The translations under genes were made by a program, and so were the position numbers. DNA of 32,000 bases from an uncultured Clostridia bacterium (GTDB lineage: Bacteria > Bacillota > Clostridia > TANB77 > CAG-508), in NCBI GenBank assembly GCA_944393565.1, contig CALYAM010000003.1, positions 38,444 to 70,443 of the forward strand, written 5' to 3'. Each line of letters begins with the position of its first letter. Positions within the stretch are counted from its first letter, which is position 1. Under the pieces are notes generated by a model. The model did no database searches. It saw only the letters and a program-made list of their open reading frames with translations, and was not told where the DNA came from. Positions 1 through 10,651 of this stretch are shown here, piece by piece.

Positions 1-947
1 TAAACTTCTGATTTGAATTTTGTATGTGGATTAATTGTTCCAGGTTTAGCTAATACTTGGCCTCTTTCTATTTCGTCTCTTTGTATTCCTCTTAGAAGAA
101 CACCAATGTTGTCTCCGGCTTCTGCTTGGTCTAATAATTTGCGGAACATTTCTACTCCTGTAATAACTGTCTTTTTACGTTCTTTTGTTAAACCAATAAT
201 TTCAACTTCATCAGAAACCTTTACAATTCCTCTTTCAACTCTACCTGTTGCAACTGTTCCTCTACCTGTGATAGAGAATACATCTTCAACTGGCATTAAG
301 AATGGTTGATCTGTTGGTCTCTCTGGTGTTGGAATATAGCTATCTACTGCATCCATTAATTCTTTTATACATTGATATTCTGGAGCATTTGGATCTGTTG
401 AACTAGATTCTAGAACTTTTAATGAAGATCCCTTTACAATTGGAATTTCATCTCCTGGGAATTCATATTTATTTAATAAGTCTCTAACTTCCATTTCAAC
501 TAATTCAAGTAATTCAGGATCATCAACCATATCGCATTTATTTAAGTATACAACGATATATTTAACCCCAACTTGTCTTGCTAAAAGTATATGCTCTCTT
601 GTTTGAGGCATTGGACCATCAGCTGCAGAAACTACTAATATTGCTCCATCCATTTGTGCTGCACCTGTAATCATATTTTTTACATAGTCTGCGTGTCCTG
701 GGCAGTCAACATGTGCATAGTGTCTTTTTTCTGTTTCATATTCAACATGAGCTGTGTTAATTGTAATTCCTCTTGCTTTTTCTTCTGGTGCGCCATCAAT
801 TTGGTCATAAGCTGTGTATTGTGCTTTTCCTAATAATCCTAAATATTTTGTAATAGCCGCTGTTGTTGTTGTTTTTCCATGGTCAACATGACCTATTGTA
901 CCAATGTTAACGTGTGGTTTTGTTCTTTCAAATTTTGCTTTTGCCAT
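1..947 (-). CDS. tuf: Elongation factor Tu, N-terminal part; the 3' end runs off the left edge of the window
   Basis: Minus-strand ATG at 945-947 follows a GGAGG RBS. Translation is [34 protein letters not shown] (GHVDHGKT P-loop) and stays open to position 1. It is absent from the ORF track because no stop lies in the window. Confidence 0.95.
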   Translation of the reverse strand, partial: MAKAKFERTKPHVNIGTIGHVDHGKTTTTAAITKYLGLLGKAQYTAYDQIDGAPEEKARGITINTAHVEYETEKRHYAHVDCPGHADYVKNMITGAAQMDGAILVVSAADGPMPQTREHILLARQVGVKYIVVYLNKCDMVDDPELLELVEMEVRDLLNKYEFPGDEIPIVKGSSLKVLESSSTDPNAPEYQCIKELMDAVDSYIPTPERPTDQPFLMPVEDVFSITGRGTVATGRVERGIVKVSDEVEIIGLTKERKKTVITGVEMFRKLLDQAEAGDNIGVLLRGIQRDEIERGQVLAKPGTINPHTKFKSEV

Positions 948-1178
948 TTGAATTTTCCTCCTTTTAATTTAAAGTTAAATTGTAGATTACATCATCTTCC
1001 AATTTGCTTTTTTATTTTTTTAATTAATAACCAATTTAATTTGCATTGTTATTTTATAATATTTCTGCTAATTTTGCAAGTAGTTTACTATAAATTTTAG
1101 TTTATTTTAGCAATAATTCTAATGGTAATCACATATAGTTACTACTTTATGTTTATATTTTTGTACTCTAGATTTTAT

Positions 1179-3266
1179 CTAATTTTCAGCTTTTTTTCCT
1201 CTTGTTGCAACAATAGTTTCTAAAACTGATTTTGGAACTTCTTCATAATGAGATGGTTCCATAGAATATGAACCTCTGCCTTGTGTTTTTGAACGTAGGT
1301 CTGTTGCATATCCAAACATTTCTGATAATGGAATATAAGCTCTAATCTCTTGCATTCCATCGTTTGCTTCCATTCCTTCCATTCTTCCACGTCTAGAGTT
1401 TACATCTCCAATTACATCTCCCATGTATTCTTCTGGAACAGTAATTTCTACTTTCATAATTGGCTCTAATATAACAGAATGTGCTTGCTTGCAGCCTTCT
1501 TTAAATGCCATTGATGCTGCAATTTTAAATGCCATTTCTGATGAGTCTACTTCATGGTATGAACCGTCTACCAATGAGACTTTAAAGTCTATAACTGGAT
1601 ACCCTGCAAGTACACCACTTTCTGCTGCTTCTCTCATTCCTTGTTCTATTGGTTTAATGTATTCTTTTGGAACAGCACCACCAACTATCTTGCTTTCGAA
1701 TTCAATTCCTTTTCCTGGTTCTAATGGTTCCATTTCAAACCATACATCACCATATTGTCCTTTTCCTCCTGATTGACGGATGAACTTTCCTTGAACTCTT
1801 ACTTTGTTCCTTATTGTTTCTTTATAAGCAACTTGTGGCTTACCTACATTACACTCCACTTTAAATTCTCTTTTTAAGCGGTCTACAATTATGTCTAAGT
1901 GTAATTCGCCCATACCTGCTATAATTGTTTGACCTGTCTCTTGGTTTGTATATGCTTTAAATGTTGGATCTTCTTCTGCAAGCTTTGTAAGTGCGATTCC
2001 CATTTTCTCTTGAGCTGCTTTATCTTTAGGCTCAATTGCGATATCAATAACTGGTTCTGGGAATTCCATTGACTCTAATATAATTGGGTGATCTGGATCA
2101 CACAATGTATTTCCTGTTGTAACATCTTTTAATCCAACTGCTGCTGCAATATCACCTGCGTATACTTTGTCAATATCTTCTCTATGGTTTGCATGCATTT
2201 GTAGGATTCTTCCAATTCTTTCTTTTTTATCTTTGCTTGAGTTTAATACTGTCGAACCTGATTCTAGTGTGCCTGAATAAACTCTGAAAAAGCATAATTT
2301 TCCAACGAATGGATCTGTAGCAATTTTAAATGCTAATGCTGCAAATGGTTCCTCATCTGATGTTTTTGCCTCAGTTTCCTCTCCATCTAATGTTGTTCCC
2401 TTAATATGTGGAATATCAAGTGGTGATGGCATATAGTCTACTATTGCATTTAGTAATTCTTGTACACCTTTGTTTTTATATGAAGACCCACAAGTTACAG
2501 GAACTATCTTATTTGCAATTGTTCCTATCCTTAGTCCTTTTTTTATTTCTTCTTCTGATAGTTCTTCACCATCTAAATATTTCATCATTAATTCTTCGTC
2601 TTGATCTGCTGCAGCTTCTATCATTTGGTTTCTAAATTTTTCAGCATCTGCAACTAGTTCTGATGGTATCTGGGTTTCTTCTATTTCTTTGCCTAAATCA
2701 TCTTTGTGGATATAAGCTTTCATTTTCATTAAATCTATAATTCCTTGAAAATTATCTTCTGCTCCTATTGGTAATTGAATTGGAACTGCATTTGCTTTTA
2801 GCCTGTTTTTTAATTGATCAACACAAAGCATAAAGTTAGCTCCTGTTATATCCATTTTGTTTACATATACCATTCTTGGAACTTTATATTTATCAGCTTG
2901 TCTCCATACTGTTTCTGTTTGTGGTTGTACTCCACCCTTTGCAGCCAATACCGTAACAGCACCATCAAGAACTCTTAAAGATCTCTGCACTTCCACTGTA
3001 AAGTCAACATGCCCTGGAGTGTCAATTATATTAATTCTATTATCTCTCCAAAAACATGTTGTTGCAGCAGATGTAATTGTTATTCCTCTTTCCTGTTCTT
3101 GTGCCATCCAGTCCATGGTTGCTTCTCCTTCATGGACTTCACCTATTTTATGTGTTTTCCCTGTATAAAACAATATTCTCTCTGTTGTTGTTGTTTTTCC
3201 GGCGTCAATATGAGCCATTATTCCTATATTTCTTGTTCTTTCTAGTGGATATTCTCTTCCTGCCAT
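1179..3266 (-). CDS. fusA: Elongation factor G
   Basis: 695-aa ORF with GTPase motifs AHIDAGKTT and DTPGHVDF. It lies between rpsG and tuf, as in the str operon. Confidence 0.97.
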   Translation of the reverse strand: MAGREYPLERTRNIGIMAHIDAGKTTTTERILFYTGKTHKIGEVHEGEATMDWMAQEQERGITITSAATTCFWRDNRINIIDTPGHVDFTVEVQRSLRVLDGAVTVLAAKGGVQPQTETVWRQADKYKVPRMVYVNKMDITGANFMLCVDQLKNRLKANAVPIQLPIGAEDNFQGIIDLMKMKAYIHKDDLGKEIEETQIPSELVADAEKFRNQMIEAAADQDEELMMKYLDGEELSEEEIKKGLRIGTIANKIVPVTCGSSYKNKGVQELLNAIVDYMPSPLDIPHIKGTTLDGEETEAKTSDEEPFAALAFKIATDPFVGKLCFFRVYSGTLESGSTVLNSSKDKKERIGRILQMHANHREDIDKVYAGDIAAAVGLKDVTTGNTLCDPDHPIILESMEFPEPVIDIAIEPKDKAAQEKMGIALTKLAEEDPTFKAYTNQETGQTIIAGMGELHLDIIVDRLKREFKVECNVGKPQVAYKETIRNKVRVQGKFIRQSGGKGQYGDVWFEMEPLEPGKGIEFESKIVGGAVPKEYIKPIEQGMREAAESGVLAGYPVIDFKVSLVDGSYHEVDSSEMAFKIAASMAFKEGCKQAHSVILEPIMKVEITVPEEYMGDVIGDVNSRRGRMEGMEANDGMQEIRAYIPLSEMFGYATDLRSKTQGRGSYSMEPSHYEEVPKSVLETIVATRGKKAEN

Positions 3267-3377
3267 TGTTTTTTACTCATCCTCCTTTTCATTGCCTTTT
3301 ATTTTTGATTTGGAGGATTTTTATTAAAAACGCACTATAAATTCATTTTCCTTTAATTTACGTTTTTTATAAAAATC

Positions 3378-3848
3378 TTACCATTTGTAATGTGCAAAAG
3401 CTCTATTTGCTTCTGCCATTCTATGCATATCTTCTTTCTTCTTAAATGCATTTCCGTTTCCATTTACTGCGTCTATAATTTCACCAGCCAATTTTTCTGC
3501 CATCGTTTTTTCATGTCTATTTCTTGCATATGTTACAAGCCATCTTAAAGCTAATGTTTGTCTTCTTTCTGGTCTAATCTCTATTGGTACTTGGTATGTA
3601 GCTCCACCTACTCTTCTTGCTTTTACTTCAAGTACTGGCATTACATTGTTTAATGCTGCTTCAAATACTTCTAGTGGATCCTTTTGTTCTTTTTCTTTTA
3701 TGATATCAAAAGCTCCATATACTATTGCTTGAGCAACTGTTTTTTTACCATCTAGCATTACATTGTTAATTAATTTTGTAACAACTTTACTATTATATAT
3801 TGGATCTGGTAAAACGTCTCTTTTTGCTATAAAACCTTTTCTTGGCAC
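3378..3848 (-). CDS. rpsG: 30S ribosomal protein S7 (uS7)
   Basis: 156-aa ORF beginning [28 protein letters not shown]. Canonical uS7 sequence and str-operon position. Confidence 0.97.
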   Translation of the reverse strand: MPRKGFIAKRDVLPDPIYNSKVVTKLINNVMLDGKKTVAQAIVYGAFDIIKEKEQKDPLEVFEAALNNVMPVLEVKARRVGGATYQVPIEIRPERRQTLALRWLVTYARNRHEKTMAEKLAGEIIDAVNGNGNAFKKKEDMHRMAEANRAFAHYKW

Positions 3849-4004
3849 TATTCTTCCCCTCCTTTTTTCTTTTCAATATGTGGCACTTTATATAAAATGC
3901 CATAGGTACTCTTAAAAATAAATTTTAAGTATAGTGCTACTTTATATATAAAATCATTTATTTGATTATTATTTCGCACTATTGTTTAAATTCCCTAAAA
4001 TTGT

Positions 4005-4418
4005 TTATTTTTTAGGTTTTTTTGCTCCGTATTTAGACCTTCCTTGATTTCTGTCTTTTACACCTGCAGTGTCTAATGTCCCTCTTATAATATGGTAACG
4101 AACACCTGGTAGGTCTTTTACTCTTCCGCCTCTTATAAGAACAACGCTATGTTCCTGTAAGTTGTGGCCTATTCCTGGAATATAAGATGTAACTTCATAA
4201 CCATTTGAAAGTCTTACTCTGGCTACTTTTCTTAATGCAGAGTTTGGCTTTTTAGGGGTTACTGTTTTTACAACTGTACATACTCCTCTTTTCTGTGGGC
4301 TTCTTGCATCTGTTTGTCTTTTCTTTTTTGAGTTGTAACCTTTTTGTAGAGCTGGAGCTGTTGATTTTGTTGTACTTGTTTTTCTTCCTTTTCTAACTAG
4401 CTGATTAATCGTTGGCAC
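4005..4418 (-). CDS. rpsL: 30S ribosomal protein S12 (uS12)
   Basis: 137-aa ORF beginning [16 protein letters not shown] start with a GGAGGTG RBS about 9 nt upstream. Confidence 0.97.
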   Translation of the reverse strand: MPTINQLVRKGRKTSTTKSTAPALQKGYNSKKKRQTDARSPQKRGVCTVVKTVTPKKPNSALRKVARVRLSNGYEVTSYIPGIGHNLQEHSVVLIRGGRVKDLPGVRYHIIRGTLDTAGVKDRNQGRSKYGAKKPKK

Positions 4419-4471
4419 TTTTTATTTCACCTCCTTGTTATTGTTATTTATAAGGAAATGTATGTTCCTTA

Positions 4472-4511
4472 TAAATAAAACCGCAAATTGCTTTTTTGCG
4501 ATTTGCGGTTT
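4472..4511 (-). terminator. Intrinsic-terminator-like hairpin downstream of the coiled-coil gene, in the rpsL leader
   Basis: 11-bp stem (CCGCAAATTGC / GCGATTTGCGG, one G-U pair) with a TTTTTT loop. In minus sense it is followed by TTTTATTTAT. Confidence 0.6.
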
Positions 4512-4513
4512 GA

Positions 4514-4542
4514 ATTATATCATTTTTTTATTTAAATGTCAA
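4514..4542 (-). promoter_or_regulatory. Consensus sigma-A-type promoter upstream of rpsL
   Basis: Minus sense reads TTGACA (4537-4542), a 17-nt spacer, then TATAAT (4514-4519). Confidence 0.5.
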
Positions 4543-4551
4543 ATTCAAAAT

Positions 4552-6021
4552 TTATCTATGAAATTCATCTGCTCCGGTTCTATCTAATTGCTTAATTGTA
4601 CTTTCTTTTGTATACTCATCCATTGGTTTTCTTCCCACTTTTGCTCTCAGTCTGTCTAGCATCTCTTCTTTTTTTGCTGTTCTTTCAGACTTTAAGTTAG
4701 CATATCTTGCAGCTGATTTTGCTAGTTCATATATGCTGTTTTCTTTCTTAGAAAATCCGTTTAAAAATCTTGCAATTGCTCCAAATTTTGATGATGTTTC
4801 ATTAAGTATTGAGCCAATTCTTATATAGTCTAATTTTCCTTCAAATTCCTCTATCTCTTCAATATTCTTTTTCGAAAAATCTTGATTAAATCTGTCTAGT
4901 TCTTCACGCATTACTCTTAATGTTTCTTCTTTCATATTTCTCATTGATTTCATTTCTTCTTTTGTAACAGTTATTTGTGTTCCATCATTTGCAGTAAATA
5001 CAATTGAATCATATTTCAATTCTTCCATTCTTTGATTCATTATTGTTTCTAATCTTCTTCTATCGAAAGGTCCTAGACGTCTAGCCATTTTCAATATTTC
5101 TTCATTACCATTTAATCTTAGCAACTTTCTTTGCCTTTCTGGTGGTGCTTCCATAAAGTCTTTAAACATTGATTTTGCAATCTGTTTAGGTTTATCTTTA
5201 ACTTGTTGTACTTGCTCAGTTCTTTGTTCTTTGTCGCTTATGTTTTCATTTGCATTTTCTTTTGAAGTATCAGAATTTGTGTTTGCAGCTCTTTCAAATG
5301 CATATATGTTTTGTGCTTTTAAAAAAGTTTGGATTTCTACTTTTCTAGCATTAAGCTCTGTCATATACTTTCTTTGCAATTGTTGCAATCCTTGAAGCTC
5401 TTTTTGCTTAATTTCTAAGTCGGTTTTCAAGCTTTCAATTTGTTCTTTCATACTAGCCATCGCTTGTGCTTTATCGAACTTGCCACTTACTCTTCCTGCA
5501 AACGCAATACTTTCATCATCCTTTCCCATAATTTCTTGTAATTTGTTTTCAGCAGTTTCTAGTTGTTTTTTTATTGTAGAGATGTCTTGTTCTATTAAAG
5601 AAATCCTTGATTTATTTTCATCTAATATTGTTTGATACATACTAACAAGTTCTAAAGCTTCCTCTTTAAACTGTTCTTTTGCGTCTTTTTTTCTCTTAGC
5701 TATGTCATCTAATTTTACCTCGATTCCATTGTTCCCCTCTAGTATTTGCCTGTTAATATTGTAATCTGTTAATATTTCTAGTTTTTGCTCCAGAGATAAT
5801 CTTGTACATACAAATTCATCTAATGTACCACTAAATTCTTGAATGTCTCTATAATGTGATTCTAAATATTCTGGTGAAACCACCTTTAATACTTCTGAAT
5901 TTACATAGTCATCTCTTTCTTTATTAATTTCAGCAACTCTTACAGCTAAATTTTCTTTTAATGCATCCACTTCTGTAAATGATTTTTTCATAGCAGATTT
6001 TAGTTCTCTTATCTCGGCCAT
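4552..6021 (-). CDS. Hypothetical 489-aa coiled-coil protein; no family recognised
   Basis: Long ORF rich in E/K/Q heptad-like segments. Its AGGAGG RBS lies in the tail of the upstream micro-ORF. It has its own promoter and terminator. Confidence 0.8.
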   Translation of the reverse strand: MAEIRELKSAMKKSFTEVDALKENLAVRVAEINKERDDYVNSEVLKVVSPEYLESHYRDIQEFSGTLDEFVCTRLSLEQKLEILTDYNINRQILEGNNGIEVKLDDIAKRKKDAKEQFKEEALELVSMYQTILDENKSRISLIEQDISTIKKQLETAENKLQEIMGKDDESIAFAGRVSGKFDKAQAMASMKEQIESLKTDLEIKQKELQGLQQLQRKYMTELNARKVEIQTFLKAQNIYAFERAANTNSDTSKENANENISDKEQRTEQVQQVKDKPKQIAKSMFKDFMEAPPERQRKLLRLNGNEEILKMARRLGPFDRRRLETIMNQRMEELKYDSIVFTANDGTQITVTKEEMKSMRNMKEETLRVMREELDRFNQDFSKKNIEEIEEFEGKLDYIRIGSILNETSSKFGAIARFLNGFSKKENSIYELAKSAARYANLKSERTAKKEEMLDRLRAKVGRKPMDEYTKESTIKQLDRTGADEFHR

Positions 6022-6022
6022 G

Positions 6023-6160
6023 TTAATCCTCCTTATTATTCGTATTATTCATTACTTTTTCTATATTAATCATTTTCTTTAGTGTCTCATTGCATTTTTC
6101 CATTCTTTTAAAGTTTTCTTTTATCTCATTTATATTTTCTTTATATTCTTTTTCAGTCAT
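6023..6160 (-). CDS. Candidate 45-aa micro-ORF translationally coupled to the coiled-coil gene
   Basis: ATG at 6158-6160 lies 7 nt after AAGAGGTG. Hand translation: MTEKEYKENINEIKENFKRMEKCNETLKKMINIEKVMNNTNNKED. Its TAA stop (6023-6025) sits 1 nt before the downstream ATG. Too short for the ORF track. Confidence 0.4.
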   Translation of the reverse strand: MTEKEYKENINEIKENFKRMEKCNETLKKMINIEKVMNNTNNKED

Positions 6161-6195
6161 AAAAACACCTCTTTCATATGTGTTAACATAACCAT

Positions 6196-6224
6196 ATTAT
6201 ATCAGATTTGTACCTTTTTTGCAA
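6196..6224 (-). promoter_or_regulatory. Sigma-A-type promoter for the micro-ORF/coiled-coil pair
   Basis: Minus sense reads TTGCAA (6219-6224), a 17-nt spacer, then TATAAT (6196-6201). It lies between the trmFO stop and the micro-ORF. Confidence 0.5.
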
Positions 6225-6256
6225 GTTATTACAATATTTAGACTCACATCTTTGTT

Positions 6257-7579
6257 TTATTTTATTAAATTTACCATTTTTTGCAATTTTTCAATTGCCG
6301 TATTTGAATATTTTTTGTAACGTTCTTGCTTATCTTTTATTTTTTTATTTAGTTCCGGCAAAATTCCAAAATTTGCATTCATTGGTGAAAAGTTTTCTTT
6401 TGGTGATGATATATAGTCTGAAAGTGCTCCAATTATGGTTTCTCGAGGAAAAATTATTTCTTCTTTTCCTAGAAATTGATTTGCCGCATTTATTCCAGCA
6501 ACAAGGCCAGATGAAATTGATTCAACATATCCTTCTACACCGGTTATTTGTCCTGCAAAGTATATATTAGAATTAAACCTTGTCTTATAAGTATTGTATA
6601 AGAGTTTTGGTGAATCAATATATGTGTTTGCATGCATTACTCCATATCTTACAATTTCTACATTTTCTAAACCAGGAATTAATGAAAATACCCTCTTTTG
6701 TTCTTTAAATTTTAAATTTGTTTGAAAACCAACTATATTGTATAGCGTTCCTTCTTTATTATCTTGTCTTAGTTGTACAATAGCATATGGTTGTTTACCT
6801 ATATGTGGATCTATAAATCCTACTGGTTTTAATGGGCCAAATCTTATTGTATCTTCTCCCCTTTTAGCCATAATTTCAATTGGCATACACCCTTCAAAAA
6901 TTTCTTTTTTTTCAAAGCTATGTAAGTTTACAACTTCTGCTTGTATTAATTCTTTATAAAAGTTTTCATATTCGCTTTTATTCATCGGTAAATTTATATA
7001 GCTATTTTCTCCTTTTCCATAGCGCTCACCATAAAAAGCTATATTAAAATCAATACTTTCTTTTGTAACTATTGGTGCTACTGCATCAAAAAATCTTAGC
7101 TTTTCTCTTCCTGTTAATCCTATTATCTCTTTTACTAAATTGTCCGATGTTAATGGTCCTGATGAAATAATTGTAATATTATCTAGTAAATTTTCTAAAG
7201 GTAAATCTTTTCCGATTTCTGCTTCTATTACATTAATATATTTGTTATTTTTTATTTCTTCTGTTACCTTTTTTGCAAAAACATCTCTGTCAACAGCTAG
7301 TGCTTGGCCTGCAGGTATGCTTGTTGTATCCGCAACGCAAATTAACATTGAATCAAGCATTCTCAGTTCTTCTTTTAATAAACCACATGCGTTGGTTATA
7401 TTGTTTGACTTAAATGAATTACTGCATACAATTTCTGCTAAGTCTTTATTTTTGTGTATTGGTGAAAATTTTTTAGGTTTCATTTCATATAAGTTAACAT
7501 TTATTTTTCTTTTGGCTATCTGGTATGCAGCTTCACAGCCTGCGAGCCCTCCCCCTATTACATTTATTGATTTTTGCAT
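6257..7579 (-). CDS. trmFO: Methylenetetrahydrofolate--tRNA-(uracil-5-)-methyltransferase TrmFO (Gid)
   Basis: 440-aa ORF with an N-terminal FAD fold (VIGGGLAGCEAAYQ). Typical Firmicutes topA-trmFO neighbourhood. Confidence 0.92.
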   Translation of the reverse strand: MQKSINVIGGGLAGCEAAYQIAKRKINVNLYEMKPKKFSPIHKNKDLAEIVCSNSFKSNNITNACGLLKEELRMLDSMLICVADTTSIPAGQALAVDRDVFAKKVTEEIKNNKYINVIEAEIGKDLPLENLLDNITIISSGPLTSDNLVKEIIGLTGREKLRFFDAVAPIVTKESIDFNIAFYGERYGKGENSYINLPMNKSEYENFYKELIQAEVVNLHSFEKKEIFEGCMPIEIMAKRGEDTIRFGPLKPVGFIDPHIGKQPYAIVQLRQDNKEGTLYNIVGFQTNLKFKEQKRVFSLIPGLENVEIVRYGVMHANTYIDSPKLLYNTYKTRFNSNIYFAGQITGVEGYVESISSGLVAGINAANQFLGKEEIIFPRETIIGALSDYISSPKENFSPMNANFGILPELNKKIKDKQERYKKYSNTAIEKLQKMVNLIK

Positions 7580-8433
7580 GTTATCTCCTCTTCACTTTGA
7601 TATTCAAATCTTTTTTCCAATAGTTCTGGTTTTTTTATATAACGATTAAAGAGTTTAAACGAGTTTGCATAATAGTAACCATCACAAATTCTTTCGTCTC
7701 CAACAAATGCTATTGAGATACATTTTTCTTCAACAATTTCTTCATCTTCATGTATGAAGTCTTTTTTCTTTTTTCCCATAGCAAAAAATAAACTTGTTGT
7801 TCCAAAATTATATAGATGATGATATATTGCATCTATTCCCAATGATCCAACATTCGTTAAAAATGCACTAGTATGAAATGGGCTTAGTTCAATTATTCTT
7901 TTTGGTAGTATACCATACTTATCTAGTATTTTAAAAAGTCCTACTACTGTTTTTAGTATAATATTAGGTGTTTTCTCTAATGCTATTACTAGTTTGTCCA
8001 TACTATTTTTCATTTTTATGTCTTTATTAGCTGTAATTGCCTTTTCTAATTTTTCCTTTATTTCAAATATTGTCTCTTTTCCAGTAAATTCTAGTTTTAT
8101 CACTGTCTCTGGCGCTCCATCTTCTAATGTCTTTTTTATGGTTAGTGACATGAAAATTGAATTTCTGTTATATGTCCTTCCATCCATAACAAATCGGTTA
8201 AGCCACGGTCTTTGAGCAATTGTTCTTACAATTGCTGCATATATAATATGCATATATGAAAGTTTTATCCCTTCTTCTGCTTTTTTATCAATATATGTGT
8301 CCATGTATTTTATGGACACATCTTGGCTAAAATATACTTGCGAATCTTCCCTTGTTTTCATAATATGTGGCATAATTCTAAATAGTAATGATGCATTTTT
8401 TACTTTTATTCCATCTGAGCGAAATCCAAACAT
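7564..8433 (-). CDS. 2-oxoacid dehydrogenase E2 / CAT-like acyltransferase catalytic-domain protein (stand-alone, no lipoyl domain)
   Basis: 289-aa ORF. Its C-terminal region FVGDERICDGYYYA resembles the E2 catalytic DHRxxDG motif, with Glu in place of His. Its 3' end overlaps the trmFO start by 16 nt. Confidence 0.5.
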   Translation of the reverse strand: MFGFRSDGIKVKNASLLFRIMPHIMKTREDSQVYFSQDVSIKYMDTYIDKKAEEGIKLSYMHIIYAAIVRTIAQRPWLNRFVMDGRTYNRNSIFMSLTIKKTLEDGAPETVIKLEFTGKETIFEIKEKLEKAITANKDIKMKNSMDKLVIALEKTPNIILKTVVGLFKILDKYGILPKRIIELSPFHTSAFLTNVGSLGIDAIYHHLYNFGTTSLFFAMGKKKKDFIHEDEEIVEEKCISIAFVGDERICDGYYYANSFKLFNRYIKKPELLEKRFEYQSEEEITCKNQ

Positions 8434-8456
8434 AAATTAATCCCCTTTTATATTTT

Positions 8457-10529
8457 TTATTTTTTCTTTGTTTTTGTTGATTTTCTTGTTGTATTTCTTT
8501 TTTTCTTTATTTCTTTTTCAATTTCTTCTTTGTCTGTTGTTTCTTTATATTTTTCTCCTGCTTTTGGTTTGTTCCATGATATATAATCACATGAATTTGG
8601 ATTATTCTCACATATATAATAATTTCTTCTTTTTTTGGTCTTTCTAATTTGAACTTTAGCCCCACATTTAGGGCATGGAACATCGATTATTTCATAATAT
8701 GGTTTTGCATTTTTGCATTCTGGGTATCCTGGACATGCTAAAAATTTCCCATACTTTCCATATTTTATTACCATATTTCTTCCACATTTTTCGCATATAA
8801 CATCTGAAACTTCTTCTTCTAATTTGACATGTTCTAATTCCTTTTCAACTTTTTCTACATCTTTTTCAAACGGTTCATAAAAATCCTTTATAACCTCTTT
8901 CCATTTTTCTTTGCCATCTGCAATTTCGTCAAATTTACGTTCCATTTTTGCGGTAAACTCTACATTTATAATATCTTTGAAGTTTTCTGTTAATAGTTTA
9001 TTTACTACTTTTCCAAGCTCTGTTGGGCATAATTGTTTTTGTATTTTTTCAATATAGTGTCTTTCTAAAATTGTTGTTATTGTAGGTGAATATGTGCTTG
9101 GCCTTCCAATCCCTTTTTCTTCTAATGCTTTTACTAAACTTGCCTCTGTATAACGTGGTGGTGGTTCAGTAAAGCTTTGCTTACTTTCCAGCTCATCTTT
9201 TTTTAGCTCATCATTTATACTTAATTCTGGTATTTTTGTAAGTTCCTCTTTCTTTTCATTGTCTACACCTTCTACATATAACACCATAAATCCTTTAAAT
9301 TTGAGAGTCTGGCCATTTGCCCTAAAGTTATAATTATTAGCATTTATTTCTACTGTCACTGTATCATAAATAGCTGCAGCCATTTGACTTGCTAAAAATC
9401 TTTGATAAATTAGATTGTATAGTTTATATTGATCTGTTGTTAGCGAATTTTTTATTTCTTCAGGTTTGATTGATACATATGTTGGTCTAATACCTTCATG
9501 TGCGTCTTGTGCTTCTCCATTAGTTCTATAATATCTGTTTTCGTAATATTCTTTTCCATATATTTTTTCGATCTCTGCTTTTGCAGCTGTTCTTGCTTCC
9601 TCTGAAATCCTAGTAGAGTCTGTTCTCATATATGTAATTAATCCTATTGTTCCTCTTTCTTCGATTTTTACACCTTCATATAAAGTTTGTGCAACTGACA
9701 TCGTCTTTTTTAATGTAAATCCTAATTTTCTCGATGCTTCTTGTTGCATAGTGCTAGTTGTAAAAGGTGGTGCTGGTGTTCTTTTTTTCTCACTTTTTTT
9801 TACGTCTGTTACTATATATTGAGCTCTATCAATCTCTTTTATTACTGCATCTACTTCTTCTTTTTTGTGAAATTCTAATTTTTTTCCATTTTTGCCATAA
9901 AGTTTTACTTTAAATTTGTTTTTTGTTTTTCTTTCTTGTAGTATTGCATATATGTTCCAGTATTCTTCTGGTACAAAATTTTCAATTTCATTTTCTCTTT
10001 CAACAATTAGCTTTACTGCTACTGATTGTACCCTTCCTGCCGATAAACCTTTTCTTACTTTTTTCCATAGAACTGGACTCATTTTGTAGCCTACAATTCT
10101 GTCTAAAACTCTTCTTGCTTGTTGAGCATTTGTAAGCCCCATGTCTATTTTTCTCGGTTTTTTTATAGCATTTTGTACAGCTTCTTTTGTAATTTCATTA
10201 AATGTTACTCTGCAAACTGCATTTTCTGGAATACCTAATATATATGCTAAATGCCATGCTATTGCTTCTCCTTCCCTATCTGGGTCAGTTGCCAAGATAA
10301 CAGTATCTGCCGTTTTTGCTTCTTTTTTTAAGCTATTTATTAAGTTAGCTTTTCCTCTAATATTTATATATTCTGGTTCAAAATCGTGCTCTATATCAAT
10401 TCCCATTTTTGATTTTGGCAAATCCCTTATATGCCCCATAGAAGCTATTACCTTTGTTTTGCCTCCTAAAAACTTTTTTATTGTATTCGCCTTTGCTGGT
10501 GACTCTACAATAATTAATTTACTTGCCAT
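8457..10529 (-). CDS. topA: DNA topoisomerase I
   Basis: 690-aa ORF with Toprim motifs (IVESPAKA, DPDREGEAI), the active-site Tyr context ITYMRTDS, and C-terminal Cys4 zinc ribbons. Confidence 0.96.
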   Translation of the reverse strand: MASKLIIVESPAKANTIKKFLGGKTKVIASMGHIRDLPKSKMGIDIEHDFEPEYINIRGKANLINSLKKEAKTADTVILATDPDREGEAIAWHLAYILGIPENAVCRVTFNEITKEAVQNAIKKPRKIDMGLTNAQQARRVLDRIVGYKMSPVLWKKVRKGLSAGRVQSVAVKLIVERENEIENFVPEEYWNIYAILQERKTKNKFKVKLYGKNGKKLEFHKKEEVDAVIKEIDRAQYIVTDVKKSEKKRTPAPPFTTSTMQQEASRKLGFTLKKTMSVAQTLYEGVKIEERGTIGLITYMRTDSTRISEEARTAAKAEIEKIYGKEYYENRYYRTNGEAQDAHEGIRPTYVSIKPEEIKNSLTTDQYKLYNLIYQRFLASQMAAAIYDTVTVEINANNYNFRANGQTLKFKGFMVLYVEGVDNEKKEELTKIPELSINDELKKDELESKQSFTEPPPRYTEASLVKALEEKGIGRPSTYSPTITTILERHYIEKIQKQLCPTELGKVVNKLLTENFKDIINVEFTAKMERKFDEIADGKEKWKEVIKDFYEPFEKDVEKVEKELEHVKLEEEVSDVICEKCGRNMVIKYGKYGKFLACPGYPECKNAKPYYEIIDVPCPKCGAKVQIRKTKKRRNYYICENNPNSCDYISWNKPKAGEKYKETTDKEEIEKEIKKKRNTTRKSTKTKKK

Positions 10530-10562
10530 GTGTTTTCTCCTTCTTACTTTTGTTTATGCCCC

Positions 10563-10591
10563 ATTATATACTAATTTCCTTTTGATGTAAA
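10563..10591 (-). promoter_or_regulatory. Candidate promoter upstream of topA
   Basis: Minus sense reads TTTACA (10586-10591), a 17-nt spacer, then TATAAT (10563-10568). Confidence 0.4.
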
Positions 10592-10617
10592 TACACTTTT
10601 AATTCATTAGTAATAAA

Positions 10618-10641
10618 GACGGTGATTAGAAAACCACCGTC
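10618..10641 (-). terminator. Hairpin after the 127-aa ORF
   Basis: GACGGTG / CACCGTC 7-bp stem, followed in minus sense by TTTATT. Confidence 0.45.
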
Positions 10642-10651
10642 CTTGTTACTT

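Noticed and set aside
1423-1776. Plus-strand ORFs antisense to fusA. The same applies to 13..309, 2408..3340, 7140..7649, 10141..10590, 12577..12894, 16419..16784 and 19923..20339
   Set aside because: These are shadow ORFs on the opposite strand of well-supported genes. They have no RBS, and their S/L/F/I-rich composition is typical of antisense reading of AT-rich coding DNA.
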